From positions 100,179,798 through 100,243,797 of the forward strand of contig NC_068983.1 of the NCBI RefSeq assembly GCF_001194135.2: a stretch of 64,000 nucleotides of DNA, read 5' to 3'. The notes under the pieces were generated by a model, which did not search any database, was not told the origin of the DNA, and saw nothing but the letters and a program-made list of their open reading frames with translations. Position numbers and translations under genes: made by a program. This DNA is from Octopus bimaculoides (taxonomy: Eukaryota). How positions within the stretch are numbered: the stretch's first letter is position 1; each line of letters starts with the position of its first letter. Positions 12,201-27,200 of this stretch are shown here, piece by piece.

Positions 12201-15200
12201 NNNNNNNNNNNNNNNNNNNNNNNNNNNNNNNNNNNNNNNNNNNNNNNNNNNNNNNNNNNNNNNNNNNNNNNNNNNNNNNNNNNNNNNNNNNNNNNNNNNN
12301 NNNNNNNNNNNNNNNNNNNNNNNNNNNNNNNNNNNNNNNNNNNNNNNNNNNNNNNNNNNNNNNNNNNNNNNNNNNNNNNNNNNNNNNNNNNNNNNNNNNN
12401 NNNNNNNNNNNNNNNNNNNNNNNNNNNNNNNNNNNNNNNNNNNNNNNNNNNNNNNNNNNNNNNNNNNNNNNNNNNNNNNNNNNNNNNNNNNNNNNNNNNN
12501 NNNNNNNNNNNNNNNNNNNNNNNNNNNNNNNNNNNNNNNNNNNNNNNNNATATATATATATATATATAGGTATATATTTTAGGGAAGCTAGGAGCTAGGA
12601 GACAGGTTTACTTAGCCAGAGGGGAAGCAGATAAGAAAAAATTTGCCAATGTTCTGCGCTGTGAGGACCAAAGACTTGAAGTATTTCATGTTGCAAGACA
12701 GTGTGTGAGATAGAATCGTGATGTCGTAGGAGAGAAATGTGTCCGTTTGGATGATGGCTCACTTGCACTAAACGAGGCTACAAAGAGAGAGGTCTGGAGA
12801 CACCACCATGAAAGACTGCTTAATAAAGAGAATGAATGGGAGTAAGAGAGTCTGCCGCATGTCGACCCAACAGAGGAACCAGCTATCCTAATTGACAGTA
12901 CTTTGGTACAGAAAGCAATCAAGAGTATGAAAACAGGGAAAGCCCCCAGCCCATCAGGAATCACTGCAGAGATGCTCAAAATATCTGGCAGTGTCGGCTA
13001 TAGCCTAGTCACCCATATAGTTAATCAGGTAATACACGAAGGAGTCATACCCAAAGACTGGTGTAGCAGCACCATATTCAACTGCTACAAAGGTAAAGGT
13101 GACGCTCTAGACACAAACAATTACAGAAGTATCAAGTTGTTGGACCAGGTAATGAAAGTCACAGAGAGGGTTATAGCCCAACAAATTAAGGAGAGAGTCA
13201 GTTTAGATGAGATGCAGTTTGGGTTTGTGCCAGGGAAAAGCACCACTGATGCTATACTTCTGGTAAGACAGCTGCAGGAGAAATACCTAGCCAAAGATAA
13301 ACCTATGTACCTGGCTTTTGTTGATATGGAAAAAGCCTTTGATAGGGTCCCTCAATCCCTTATCTGGTAGTCAATGAGGAAACTAGGGTTAGATGAATGG
13401 TTAGTGAGAGCTGTACAAGCCATGTACAGGGATGCTGTCAGTAGGGTGAGGGTTGGCAACGAGTACAGTGAAGAATTCTGGGTAGAGGTAGGGGTCCACC
13501 AAGGATCAGTCCTCAGCCCCCTCCTATTTATCATAGTCCACCAGGCAATAACAGAGGAATTCAAGACAGGATGCCCCTGGGAGCTTCTCAATGCTGATGA
13601 CATTGCTCTAATAGCTGAGTCACTACCAGAACTAGAGGAGAAGTTTCAGGTGTGGAAGCAAGGACTAGAAATGGAGGGCCTTAGAGTCAACCTAATATCT
13701 ATATATAAGAGATTTCAGTTTTTCCTTCAACAGTTTTATGTATACTTGTCCCAGCTAGTAAATCTTAGAAGATTTTTTACAAATCTGTATATATGTTTAC
13801 ATTGCAGTAATAACCAGTTTTCATTTAGTTGGAGGCCTATCTGATTGTACATCAATTTATTTTGCATACATTTGTAAACAAGCAATTACTACAGGATAAA
13901 ATTGGTAGAAATATTTTTATAACAAAATAAATCGCAAACTGATACCATACAAACTAACTAACTTTGAATACAAATGCTTGTTAATTTTATATGGTCTCCT
14001 TGGTCCAAAGTTGAGAATAATATAAAGACTTAGCTCCTCCACCAAAATTCCTGGCCTTGTGCCAAAATTTGAAACCATTATAAGAAGCATAAGACTAAGC
14101 ATTAAATGACCAGGACTTCAGATTGTGCAACAGCCTTTGTGTTGTGTTGTATTCTACCCACTTGGAAAAATAAGTGCTGTTCTTTACCCATGGTAAGAAG
14201 GGATTATGCCAACAAAAACATGTTCCAACAATGCACAATATTTCACATACTCAAAAAGAACCCCCCCCCTACCCCCACCCCATGTTGAATTTAAAAATAA
14301 AAACTTGAAAAATTTACCTTGTAACTCAGTGCATGCAAATACATGACCAAATCTTTTGGTTGTGGGTCTAGATAGAGGGTCTTACAATGGATGCAGTTTT
14401 CATTTGGTATCCATTTTTTTAAATCAAACTCTGGCTGAAAAATTTCAGTATTGCTGATTGTGTCTAACTTTTCAGGTTGGTCACTTGTCTTCAACCGCTT
14501 TGCTGCTGGTTCTGTGTTTTTTACTTCATCAATAGTGTCTTCATGATCAGAAGCAACGGACTTCTCCTCTTTCAATTGTTTTAAACGAAGTTCAAAATTA
14601 GGATTTGGTCCATTCTCCCACAGACCAATGTTGTGGTTTTTCATCACCTCATCACTGATCTGAAATAATAAAACATTATTGATCATAACTATAATTTATT
14701 TTAGTACACGTAGGGCATTAAGAGAGTAAGTAAAAAAAAAAAATATTGGTTTCAAGTTTTGTGGGTGGGACAAGTCAATTACATTGACCCCAGTGCTCAA
14801 CTGGTACTTATTTTATCAGCCCTGAAAAGATGAAAGGCAAAGTTGACCTTGGCAGAACTTGAACTCAGAACATAAAGATGAACAAAATGCTGCTAAGAAT
14901 GTTGCCCAGCATGTTAATGCTGCTGTCAGCTCACCACCTTAAGTAAAAGGAAATATATTAATATTTTCAAATCAGTCTCATTTTTGCTAATTTAAAACAT
15001 TCTTTCCAGGTGCTAAATACCATCCCACTTCCCATGTGCCTCACCATCCCTTTCCCAGTTGTCAGAGTTGGCACTGTCAAGTAGGCACATTGAAAGGTAG
15101 GTTTGGTGAGATTGTTGAGAAGCTTGAATGGAGGTGTGTTGATGTGTGTTGCATTCAAGAGGTAAGATGGAGGGGAGCTTCAGCTAGGTTTCTCACAAGC

Positions 15201-18200
15201 AAGACACACTGGTATAAAATCTTCTGGAAAGGTAACTGACGGGGTAGGTGGTGTGGGCATCCTTCTCACAGAGAAACAGGTGGATAAGGTCATAGAGGTA
15301 GTCTGAGTATGTGATAGAGTACTTAAGCTCAGGCTAGTTTTTCAGAATAGTATGCTGTAGACAAGGCCATTCGAGCTAAGAAACAGGTCTGGAAGGACTG
15401 GAAGTGTGGGGATAGCATGGAACTGTATCAGATAGCCAGAAGGGAACCTAGGAGACAGGAACATCTAGCCATGGAGGAAATGGAAGAGAAGTTTGCTTAT
15501 GTTCTGCAACAGGAGAATTAACGACTTGAAGTGTTTCAGATTGCAATACAGTGTGAGAGAAAATTGTGATGTCATAGGAGAGAAATGTGTCCACATGGAT
15601 AATGGTGCCCTTATACTCAATGATATTGAAAAGAAATAGGCTTGGAAATGCCATTATGAGAAGTTGCTAAATGTGGAGAATGAATGAGATGTGGAAGGAT
15701 GGGCTTTAGAGTTAATCTAGCAAAAACCAAAGTCTTAGCATGTAGGAGAGCAGACAAATCACAAATACCTTAAAGTAAATGGTCCTGCTCGATCTGTAGA
15801 AAAGGCATAGGAGAAACTCCATAAGATGTACACAGTGTAAGCTATGGACACATAAGAGGTGCAGCAATATCAGAGGAAGGTAGACAGGAAAAATAACTTT
15901 TTGTGTGAGGAAGGCATACAGGTACAATTAACACTAAAAATGTACAGAAAATAGACTCCATCGAATGCCAGGGGAAAAAAACTAGTAGCAGTTGATAGTT
16001 TCTGTTACCTAGGTGACCAAGTCAGTAGCAGAAGTGGATGCTCCAAGAGCATAGCTGCTAGAATAAGAATAGGTTGGACAAAATTCAGAGACTCCTACCT
16101 CTGTTGGTAACAAAGGGCCTCTCACTCAGAGTAAAAGGTAGATTGTATGATGCTTGTGTACGAACAGCCATGCTACATGGCAGTGAAACATGGGCTGTAA
16201 CTGCCAAGAACATGTGCAGGCTTGAAAGAAATGAAGCTAGTATGCTTTGCTAGATATGTAATGTCAGTGTGCATGCACAACAGAGTGAAAGTGTCTTGAG
16301 AGAAAAGTTGAGCATAAGCGACATCAGCTGTGGTGTGCAAGAGAGACATGGTCATGTAACGTGTATGAACAAGAAGCTGTGTGAAGAAGTGCCAAACTCA
16401 AACTGTGGAGGGAACCTGTGGAAGAGGTAGACCCAGGAAGACATGGGACGAGATGATGAAGCATGATCTTCAAACATTGGGCCTCATGGACGCAATGACA
16501 AATGACCGATACCTTTGATGATATGCCTGTCAAGCCAAGTTAAATCATAGTCATGGCCAGTACCAGTGTTGCATAACACACACCCATGCTGGTGGAATGC
16601 AAAAAGCACCATTTGAACGTTGAGCCTCATGGATGCAGTGACAACTGACCGAGACCTTTGGTGATATACCATGCTTGAGAAGACCTGACAAACCAAGTGA
16701 GATCATAGTTGTGGCCAACACTGATGCTGCATAACTGGCACTCAAGCCAGTAGCATGTAAAAAGCACCCACTACACTCTATAGCATCCAGCCATAGAAAC
16801 CAGCATGGAAAACAGACGTTAAATGATGATAATGATGATGAAAATAGCTTTCTGCAATGGATTTCCAAACATAGTGTATATATATATATATCGTCATCAT
16901 TTAATGTCTGCTTTCCATGTTGACATGGGTTAGACGGTTTGACAGAGAACTGGCAAGCTGGGAGGCTGTACCAGGTTCCAATCTGATTTGGCAAGGTTTT
17001 TACAACTGGATGCTCTTCCTAATGCCAACCACTCCAAGTGTGTAGTGGGTGCTTTTTATGTGTCACTGGCACGGAAGCATCGGCCACATTCAAATTAGCG
17101 CATTTTATGTGCCAGTCAGGCAGCACTGGCATCGACCACGCTTGAATGGTGCTTTTTATGTTCCACCAGCATGGGTGCTAGTCAGGCAGCACTGGCATCA
17201 TCCCCACTCAAATGGTGCCTACCATCTTACAAAAAGGAACAACAGTTTAGATAATGAGTTCCTACATACATTGTACTTGGAGAAAAACAAAGTTACGGAT
17301 GGTGTATCTTTGATTGCAGTTCTGGTGATCAGAGTTGATTTGAGACAAACAACAGCAATTGAGGATTTACCTTTGTGTCATCAATTTTGCATTGAAAAAT
17401 AGTTCCTTTGCCAGCTTCTGGTCCCCAAGCTGGGCCATAATAAAGTGGATCATTTATGATTGGATGTCCTTTCAGAAAGAAATAAAAAGAATTATCAAAA
17501 CAGAAAAAAAAATTATACCTTTCATATCTATTCTTCTATAATGTCATAGGCTGAATATATCTGCATATGCATATATTTTTTAAATTAAATTATAAGAACT
17601 GGATTGAAATTTATGCCCTTCCTAATACAAACTACTTGATAAAGAGATGGAAATGATAACAATTTTTCAGTTAAAATAAACTGATATAAATAAAAGGCTA
17701 TGTTACTGCAAGCATATTTTTGTTACCAGCAATATTTTTAAACACTATTAAGAATTACTTTTCACGTTGTTGCAGTTGTTCCTTTGTGCATTCTAGTTAG
17801 GAAGGTAACAAGAAAAGATTTAAATAATCTGATATAATCACATCTATCCATTTGAAACAACACCACCAAAAATAATTCAACAAAATGAAAGTATATAACA
17901 AAAAAAAAAAATTCTTTATTACATCAAGATTAGCTCCTACTACAGCACATTGGTGCAGCACAGTGTCAAAAAACTAAATTCTTCTGTAGCTACCAAAGTG
18001 ATACTAGATACAATTTGACAAAGTAAAACTAAGACATTATTACCATATATTGCTGCATAACTAAATCATGGTTGTGAATAAATCAACTCACCTTCCAAAT
18101 TGATTTCAGTAATCCAATCAATACCTAGAAAGATATGTCCTCATCCCTACTCCTGTGTTCACAGTAACATAATTGGAGCATTACTTACCAAGTTTAGAAA

Positions 18201-21200
18201 CACTTGTCTAAATGCACAAAGCTATATCTATGGCTAAAATTTTGAATCAATAATACTTTAGTGACTCAACGAGAGTCAGTTTTTCAGGTAGTGAATAGAA
18301 ATATTTACCTAAATATTGCAAATGTACACGCAACTGATGTGTTCGCCCTGTGTAAGGAATGCCTGAAAAATCATGAAGTAATTAATGTTATTGGAGGAGA
18401 AATCAATACTGTTAATCAAGAATTTATTCAAATAATTCAGTGACTGTTATTATCTCTAACATTATAAAATTCATTAATTTTCTCAGATTGTGTCAATACA
18501 TAACAAAGATAGTGCACCTTTGATTAAACTTATTTTCAACAAGGTCTTTCAACAAGTATTCTTAAGAAGTAAAGGAGATGTGTACAGGTGCTGAAGTTAT
18601 CTTTCACAACATTCACTGCTTGACAGACCTCTCTCTCTCTCTCTCTCTGGATACAACTATTATAAGTTTTTCTTACCAGAGGATTTGAACTCAAAACAAT
18701 ACATCATTATACCACCTTTCTGACTTCAGATTATTCATTAAAAATTATATATCTTGGCTAAAGTCATAATGCAGTGCTAATAACAGGATACAAACTGTTG
18801 ATCCTTTAGGCAATACACAGACTGCCAAATGTCTTGATAAATTTTCTTCTGGTAAGCTATCAAAGAAATTCATTAAATCATTATCTTTAAGGTACATTAG
18901 CTATTAAGTAATTAATTTTCAAAAGTAACCCTAATGGAGACCATTCTGCTGCTCAGTATTTAACCACAGATAGGTGTCAGTGAAAAGCCAGTAAAATAAA
19001 TTTAAGAATAACATATACAACAAAACCAAAAATCATAGCTATCACTTGCAAGCGAGACTTAGTAGCATATGCCAGTATTTCACTGATTGTTTTAGGTGGT
19101 TATATAGCCTTAAGCAGACATAGACACACTCTTGGCTCCTTTCCCTGTCTTGAGTCAGTGGAAAATGGAATATGTGATAGTTGGAAGGAAAGGGCTACAC
19201 TAGTACTTATTTTCAGCTGAGTAAACAGGAACAACATAAAATGAAGTGCATGATTCTAAGACCCAATGTGCTGCTTGGTCCAGGAACTGAACTCATGGCA
19301 TTATGATTGTGAACCCAATACACTAGCTTCACATATCAGAGACAACACTTATTTGTAAAAGACTAGGTTTAAATTTGAACATAGATTCTGAATATTGAAA
19401 TGATTTGATGATAGAAAAGTTATTCTTAGTAACAACAGCTGAGTTTATATTTTTTCATAAACTTACAAGTATGGTAAATGGATGTTAAAATGTCTAAAAT
19501 GATGACAATTACAATATTAACTAAAACACAGTAAAAAAAAATGTCAATAATTAAAATTTATTAAAAATAAACTAGTTATTTAAGTTAGTATAGTAAATGC
19601 ATGGCATGTCTAAACAAACTGAATATTTTTTTAAAATACATGAAAAATTGACAACTATAGGATATTTTCTACATCAATACATGTTAGCAGCATGTTGCAT
19701 TAACTCTCATGCAAGTTGTACAATTTTATTTGAGATAAACTCCAGTTTACAGATGAAGATCAATTTCTGCCTCCTGAGGATTACTGAAGGTTTAAAGACG
19801 ATACTATAAAACAATAAGAGTCAGATTATTATAAAAAGATTGAAGACAGGAAGAATCAAGTTTAATTTTCCTGAAGAAAATATCCTCTATCTTTTATTAA
19901 ATATGCCTAACAGCCAAAATGAAGATTTCAAGATCTAAGAAATGCTCGACTCACATCTAACAACACTTGATTTTCCATTGTAACTAAGGCGACTGAAGAG
20001 TGTTTTGCTTTCTTTTCCACCGGGTCGCACTTGCCATAAGGATATCTTGTGATTGATGCAGTCCAGAGGTTGATCAACTTCAACATCACCACTGGAAAGA
20101 TAATATAAAAACAATTCTGTATAAGAATATATATTCAGCCATGGTCTATATTGTAGAAGGTGGTATCAAAAGGTTCCTGGACTAGTTATGTTTATTTAAT
20201 TAAGTTTTAACATCATCTCCTTTGAAATAGTCACCTTGCACAGCAGTACACTAGTACCAGCATTCCTGCCACTTTTGGAATCCAGCCTTGAAGTCATTTT
20301 CCATAAGCAAGTTGGAGACCTTCTGTGATTTGCTCTGGATTTTGACAATAGTGCTAAAACAGCAACCTTTGAGCTGCATTTTCATCTTGGGGAAGAGATG
20401 GAAGTTTGCAGGTGCTAAATCTGGTGAATAGGGCAGGTGCGGAAGTGATACCATATTGTTATTGGCAAGAAACTCACGAGTGAGGAGAGCTCGGTGACAG
20501 GGTGCATTGTCATCATGAAGAATTCAATTCTTTGTGCTCCACAGATCTGGTCACTTTTTCCAAATGTTTTGAAATGTCACAGTAGAACTCTTGATTGACA
20601 GTCTGGACCTGAGGAATGAATTCACAATGCACAATACCACAGGTCTTCCTGATCGCTTATGATCTTTCAGGGACATTCTTATACTTTTGAAACACCCGTG
20701 CCACTCAAAACATTGTGTACAACCCATTGCCTCATCACCGTAAGCTTGCTGATGCATGCTCAATGTTCCTGTAGCAGACTTCCCAAGTTTAACGCAAAAT
20801 TTCACATTGCCTCTTTGTTCCTGTCCATGACAAAATTGCAGACTACAGCATGCATGTGATCACAAAAACACAAATTTCACAACTTGCAAAGTAAACACCG
20901 CAATGTCACTTGGCACACTGCCTCATGAAAGTCACTGCTAGCTCTCACTGCACATGCAACCATGTGCTACAATCTGTTGACATGCAACAGAACTAGTCTG
21001 GGAACTTTTTAAAACCACCTAACATTTATATAAAATACTGGCCTTTGTTTCAAGGATGGACAATATTTATATTTCTGATAAAATGATGCTATTTTTGAAT
21101 GGTTTTCTCCTCACAGAGATGAGGTGGAGTAATCATTCTAATTATAGAAAGCAGATCAAAGGCACAGATTTAATGGTACCAAATATATATAGTTTCATTA

Positions 21201-24200
21201 AACTAAGTGTCAAATAAATTTATTTAATACACCCTTAGAATAAATAACTGACATAGCATCCACCATCTCAAGACTAAAACCAAGAAGCCCTTCACCATTA
21301 AAGACACTTAGAAAGACGAATAGAGAGTACTCTGTCACTAGTGGGGACTTGGTTGGGACTGCACTGAACCACTGTCCACTTTCTATTATCAGAAAGCAAT
21401 GAACATTTACAAACAGGCTGAGGTCAAGTTGTTACAGAACAGTGGCTAACAAGCATCAATGGGGATATTTTTAATTCCCTATATGTCTAACATGTCAGGT
21501 ACCCTTACTAGACACAGACCACCTCATGTTACACTGTCTGACCACTTTGATCTTGGGATTATATGAAACAATTCATAAAACTTGGCAATGCACACATCAA
21601 TGAAAGCTGTAATTCTCACATGTAATATATTTTTATTCTTACAGCATATCAACATTCTTCACTTTTATGTATTTTTTTTTCTGAAACTTCTCTTGCCAAC
21701 AAAGACAATCATCAGTCTCTTTAATTCTAATGTTAAATTTGGAACAAAATTTACTTACTCAGGAAATCGTCCAACTACTCGACATACATATTCCTTCCGT
21801 ACTTTTTTATTGATGATTTGGTCTTCTAGTTCCCTTGTCTTCTTTGCAGTTTTGGCACAAATTAAAACACCAGATGTCAATCGATCAAGGCGATAAATGT
21901 CTATAAATATTAAAAGAATTTTGTATTTAAAAGCAATTTTAGAAAGTAATATTTGAAAATGGAACTATCTATTTGAAATAAAGTAACACCTAGAGAAGTA
22001 AACAAAGAGTTAATTATATATATGCATAACAAACAGGTTTTACCCTTATTTCATGACAGGTTGGTTAACATGAAGAAAAGCATCCATTTTATAAAAAACA
22101 ATTGTTTCAAGAATATGTAAACATAAAAATTTAAAAACACTCCATTTATGCCAGAATTAAAAAAAAGAAAACTGGATGTCATCTAGTTTGATCATGCTAG
22201 CAACAGATCAATAAGCTTCCTGGTATAAGTTTCCTTCAATAGAACTGTTCCATTTTCATATAATTTATATCCAATACAAATTTTATTCCAATACAATGAA
22301 AGCTTCAGTTTGATTAGATATTGATAAATCAATAGTCAACACTTTGGAGACGAGGCCTTATTTGAAGTTTCAGTGCCAAGAATACAGAGCCCTTTTCACA
22401 TGAACTTATTTTTCCAAAAAAATTATAAAGTATAAGTTAATTATTTTACATATATAAAACTATATATATTCTTATAGGAAACTGAATGAACTAACATTAT
22501 ATATAATACAGCACTTCAAATAAACTTAGTTTTAATTCCCTCCAATTCTTTTAGATAATCAGAAATGTTTGATTCAAACAAAATAAAATTTTTCTCTACA
22601 TATGTGACTGGTATTTAAATATTTTGTACTCCTAACTACTGTGTTCACAAATATCTAAAAGAAATTGTACTGCTATGTGTTTGTGTCTTCATGTAATCAA
22701 TGTTTCTCCTATAACTTGCAATTCACCCAGCATATGACAGCCTGAATAGAACTGAGTTGTAAGCATAATTTCCAAATAGCTTGCAAAAGTAGCAGAATTA
22801 AAAAAAAAAAACTTCTAATTTTGCTTTGTAACCACTGATACAGCATTAAACTTCCTAGATTCAGTAGTTTCTGTGAAACCAAAGTGAACAATCATCCAAT
22901 CAAGGAAACAAAAATGATAAAAGAGTGGGAATGGTGGTAGTTGTACAAAAAAAGTTACAAATATCATCATCATCATTTAATGTCCATTTTCCATGCTGGC
23001 ATAGTAGGAGCTTGCTAGGCAGATGACTGCACCAGGCTTCACTGTTTTAGCATGGTTTTTTATGGTTGGATGCCCTTCCTAACACCAACCACCTAACAAA
23101 GTGGACTGAGTGCTTTTTACATGGCACCAACACTGGTGTCACATAAAAATTTTATTCCTTAAAATTAGGTAACTAATTAACAACTAATCATTTAAAGATC
23201 CTTCTCATTTATTAAAACAGGAACACAGTTTACTATTTGGAAAGTAAATGTGTAAGAAACCGAACACATAGTTATTAATTCAAACCTTGTCACAACCAAT
23301 GTGTTGTGCTCCTATGCAATGTACATAACTGCCTGCCTTAATCTGTCTCACTGATAATGGTACCATTATTATTTTACAGTTGCATGGTTAATAAATGGTT
23401 GTAAATGTTGCTTCTATATGCAAATGTCAAAATTTGCAACAGTTCATCCTATACATGTTAGCATAGGAATAAAGAGATGCAGATGCCTTCAGCTCAACAT
23501 CTAAATTCTTATGGGTAGTTTCACCAACAGACTCCAATGTTATATCATAAATGTTTAATATTTCTATGTTGCATATAGCTACTCACTTCTCAAGTTACTG
23601 TAGCCATATTCCTTGCCAAGAATGAAGACAATAGAATTGTATCTGTACCTTCCACAGGGATGGCATGGGATTGAAGATGGTTTATTGATGACTATTAAAT
23701 CTTCATTGTCTTCAAGAATTTCTAATTGTGTTCCAACTACAGGGTTTTCATGCCTGGAAGTAAAATGAAAAATAAGCTTTGAATAAAATATTTTTTCAAA
23801 GAAACTAAGAAAAATTATGATGTTAATGATTAGGTAAATGCTTACACTTGAGGCTCATGATGGATTTAACCCTTATGTAGAGGGATTGGTTCACTTGACA
23901 TCAGAGCATGTCCATATACCAGTGATTCATGTATAGGGGCCAGCTCTATTCTGAGTCCTGTATAACACAGCTACAGGACCATCTTCTGCTATTTAACCCA
24001 TAACTGAGGCCCTTGACAGGTGCTTCTACCCTAGACCAGAGTAAGCTTGGGAGTAATGAAGACAAAGGAGTAACTACATACACCCCTAAGCTCTCGAATT
24101 CCCAATTTCAGCACCACCACTGAATGTAGTTTAATATCTTGCCCACAACAGAACTGTTGTAATATGACAAAACAGATATTAATAAATAGACAAGACATTT

Positions 24201-27200
24201 TTTTATTAATTTGGCTCCTGTGTTTGTACAGAGCATCATTACTGCTCCAGCTATTTCTTGAAGTATACTGTATATAAGAATTTACTCCATTTTGTCTCAG
24301 TGCAAAGAGTTGAAAGCTTTTGAGAAGTCTACAAACTGTAAGACTACTTACAAATTTTTAGCCTTGACTCCCTTAATGTTGACCAATTTCCCCCTGAACC
24401 TGCTCTGGTGTTCATATCAGATCTTCTCAAATTCTAGCTGTATAATCAACAATTTGTTGATTATGTTTGTTGCTATTGCTGTAAGTGTGATTCATTATCA
24501 TTATCATCATCATCATCACTGTTTAACGTCCGCTTTCCATGCTGGCATGATTTGTCCTTTTTTTTCTATAACTAAATTATCTTCCATGAGGAATGGGAAA
24601 ATACAACCCTTATTTCACTTCTGAAATGAGTACTAATTACATATTACATTTAAAAAATTTGAAGAGTTTCTCCTATAAATGTCCTTGTCTTCAGCTGCCT
24701 TGTTTTTGGTTATTTTCAGGATTTCAGTGAGTTTAACATGAAAGCAAGTTTTGTGCCAAGATCATGTTTAACAGCAGTGTTTATGCCTATCTGAAACTGG
24801 TGGGGGACTACTGAGAAGGTTCTGGAAATATTCCATCCATTTGTTTAGTCATTCCTGCAAGATTACATTGATTGGATCTCTAGTTCTAAACACATGCCAA
24901 GAAGAATATTCAACTTTGAAACAAATCTTGCTTCTACAATAAACATTCAAAAACTAACATTGAAAAATAGATATACAGAAAAGGTGAAATATTCAAATTT
25001 TCCAGGTATTTAAATAAAATATTTACAATAACAACAATAAATTTACTCACCGGTGTATGGTATGTGAAATTACATCATTAAATTTCAGCTGATAATCACC
25101 TACAGTTGGTTTGTTGTTTACTAACAATAATCCATTTTTCATGTCGTCTATCTGAAAAGAGAACAATAATAGATTTGAAATATGAATGTCAATGAAGTGA
25201 AGCATAGTAAAAGAACTGGTATCAGGAATTATGAGATGGTAAAGAGGTATGTGTAAGAAATATCCTACTGATAGCAGTGAAATATAGGTGATTACTATCT
25301 AAGATCTGCAGCAATAGAATAAGCTGAGTATAAACTGTTGGATGTGAGACATTAATTTGAGTGAAAAGAAGACAAATGAGTATTAGAAACATAGGCTAAT
25401 ATGTGTAATAGAAACAATAATAATAGAAATGAAATGATATATGACTGATATGAATTGCAGTATATAAGCTCCTCCCAACATGGAAAAAAATGCCATTAAA
25501 ATATCAATGCTGATCTTAAAATGAGAACTTATTTCACATATACCTTACAATCATAACAAGACAAAGTTTATACAATTAGTAATCAACAAAGAATGAAATT
25601 CTAAAGAATAATATTCTAAGGTTAAAGCAAAAAAAAAAAAACTATACACTGTTTTGCAACAAAATATGGAAAATTATTAATTAGGAATCAATGAACATCA
25701 CTTTCATAGCTTTTGTGATACTTTGAAAAAGGTTTTAACAATAACTACTTATGTATTTACAAGAGATATTACTACGAACAAAATTTTCTGAAAAGTGGGA
25801 GAGAGAGAACTGCTTTAAATGGTATATTTAATTTCTACAGTTTTATAATAAGAGTGATTTCCAGCTATCCAGTAACGGAAATCAAACTATTTTACATCTA
25901 AGTAAATAAATATTACAACAAAACAATTTTATCTTATTACTTTTAAAAATGTAATGTTTGTTAAGAATATCTGAGCCACAGAGCAATTACTTACTCTTAG
26001 GATTTTTGTTAAAGAAACAGCTTTATTTCTGGAAAATAAAAAGGCCAAGGCTAGAAAAAAATTTATTTTATATTTAATACTATTCAGTTACTGATGTAAA
26101 TCAAAAGTGTTTTTCTCACATACCAATGATTGCTCTGACACTACATGAAACTCTTTCACAAATACATCCATCAGAGTTCTTCCTTTCCATCTGCCTTTCA
26201 CATGTGAGTTGAAAGTATAGTAATAAGGATACACTTTCCGAAGATCTATTCAAGATAGAATAGTTATTAAAAAATAAAGTTTAAGTTACACTGTTCTCAA
26301 TAAATAAAAGTTTTATTTCAGTTCAACTAATTTTTGTGTTAATTATTTTTAAATGATTAAACAACAATTAGTGAGTTTCAATTTTTGGCAGAAAAGTTAG
26401 TTACAAAAAAATCAATATCACAATGTGACATAGGTAGCTGAATGGTTGAATAATTAAGCTCTTATGTTAGAATTCTACAATTGGCATTAAATGGACTGTC
26501 TTCTGTATGCTTTATTTAATTTATCTTCATGTTTAAGCAATCAGCATTAGAAAGGGTATTCACCTACAAACCTTCTAGGCAAACAATTCATGCAAACAAA
26601 TACAAACAAGTTTAAAACAATCAAACAGTAAATAGATTTTCAATAAGTCATGAAACCTCCAAACTATAGAGAGGCCAATATGATGGAAAGAGATAAACAA
26701 CATAAAGGTAAAATCTAGAGACAACAAGATTTGAATTCATGAGGAAAGGTATTTATTCAATGAAGTTAAGTTCAATCACAGTTGATAGTTTTGGTTTGAC
26801 TCTGATGACTGGTTGCTTATTTTAATTAGGAAAAATACATATTTCAATATGAAAACCAGATATGAAGCTCTGTAGAACAAGAAGTTTAAATTCCTGGTGG
26901 AAGGAATTTTACTTTACAAATGCTGTAAATGTGCTTAAAAATATTAGGGGGACATTATATTTTCCATTTTCTTTTCTCTAAGTAAAAACTGGCTCTCAGC
27001 AAACTAGGTGATCAGGATACTGTATATCAGTACATAAATATACATTAGATATATGCTATAAGTAGATGCATGCTGATGCCAGTATTTGATGTGTTCTAAA
27101 AAAAGATACTTTAAAACTAATAGTTCAATTTACTTTGATATAAATAATATATGGGGAAACTTATGTAAGCAACAAGACACTGCTAACTGATGATATAGTT

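Noticed and set aside
11836-12598. Long ORFs of 248 and 221 aa (also 38911-39223)
   Set aside because: They consist almost entirely of translated N-gap.
11255-13695. RTE 3' end placed before the RTE RT core
   Set aside because: The pieces are separated and bounded by N gaps and (TA)n runs. Scaffolding order or two separate copies explain it, so I did not treat it as a real rearrangement.
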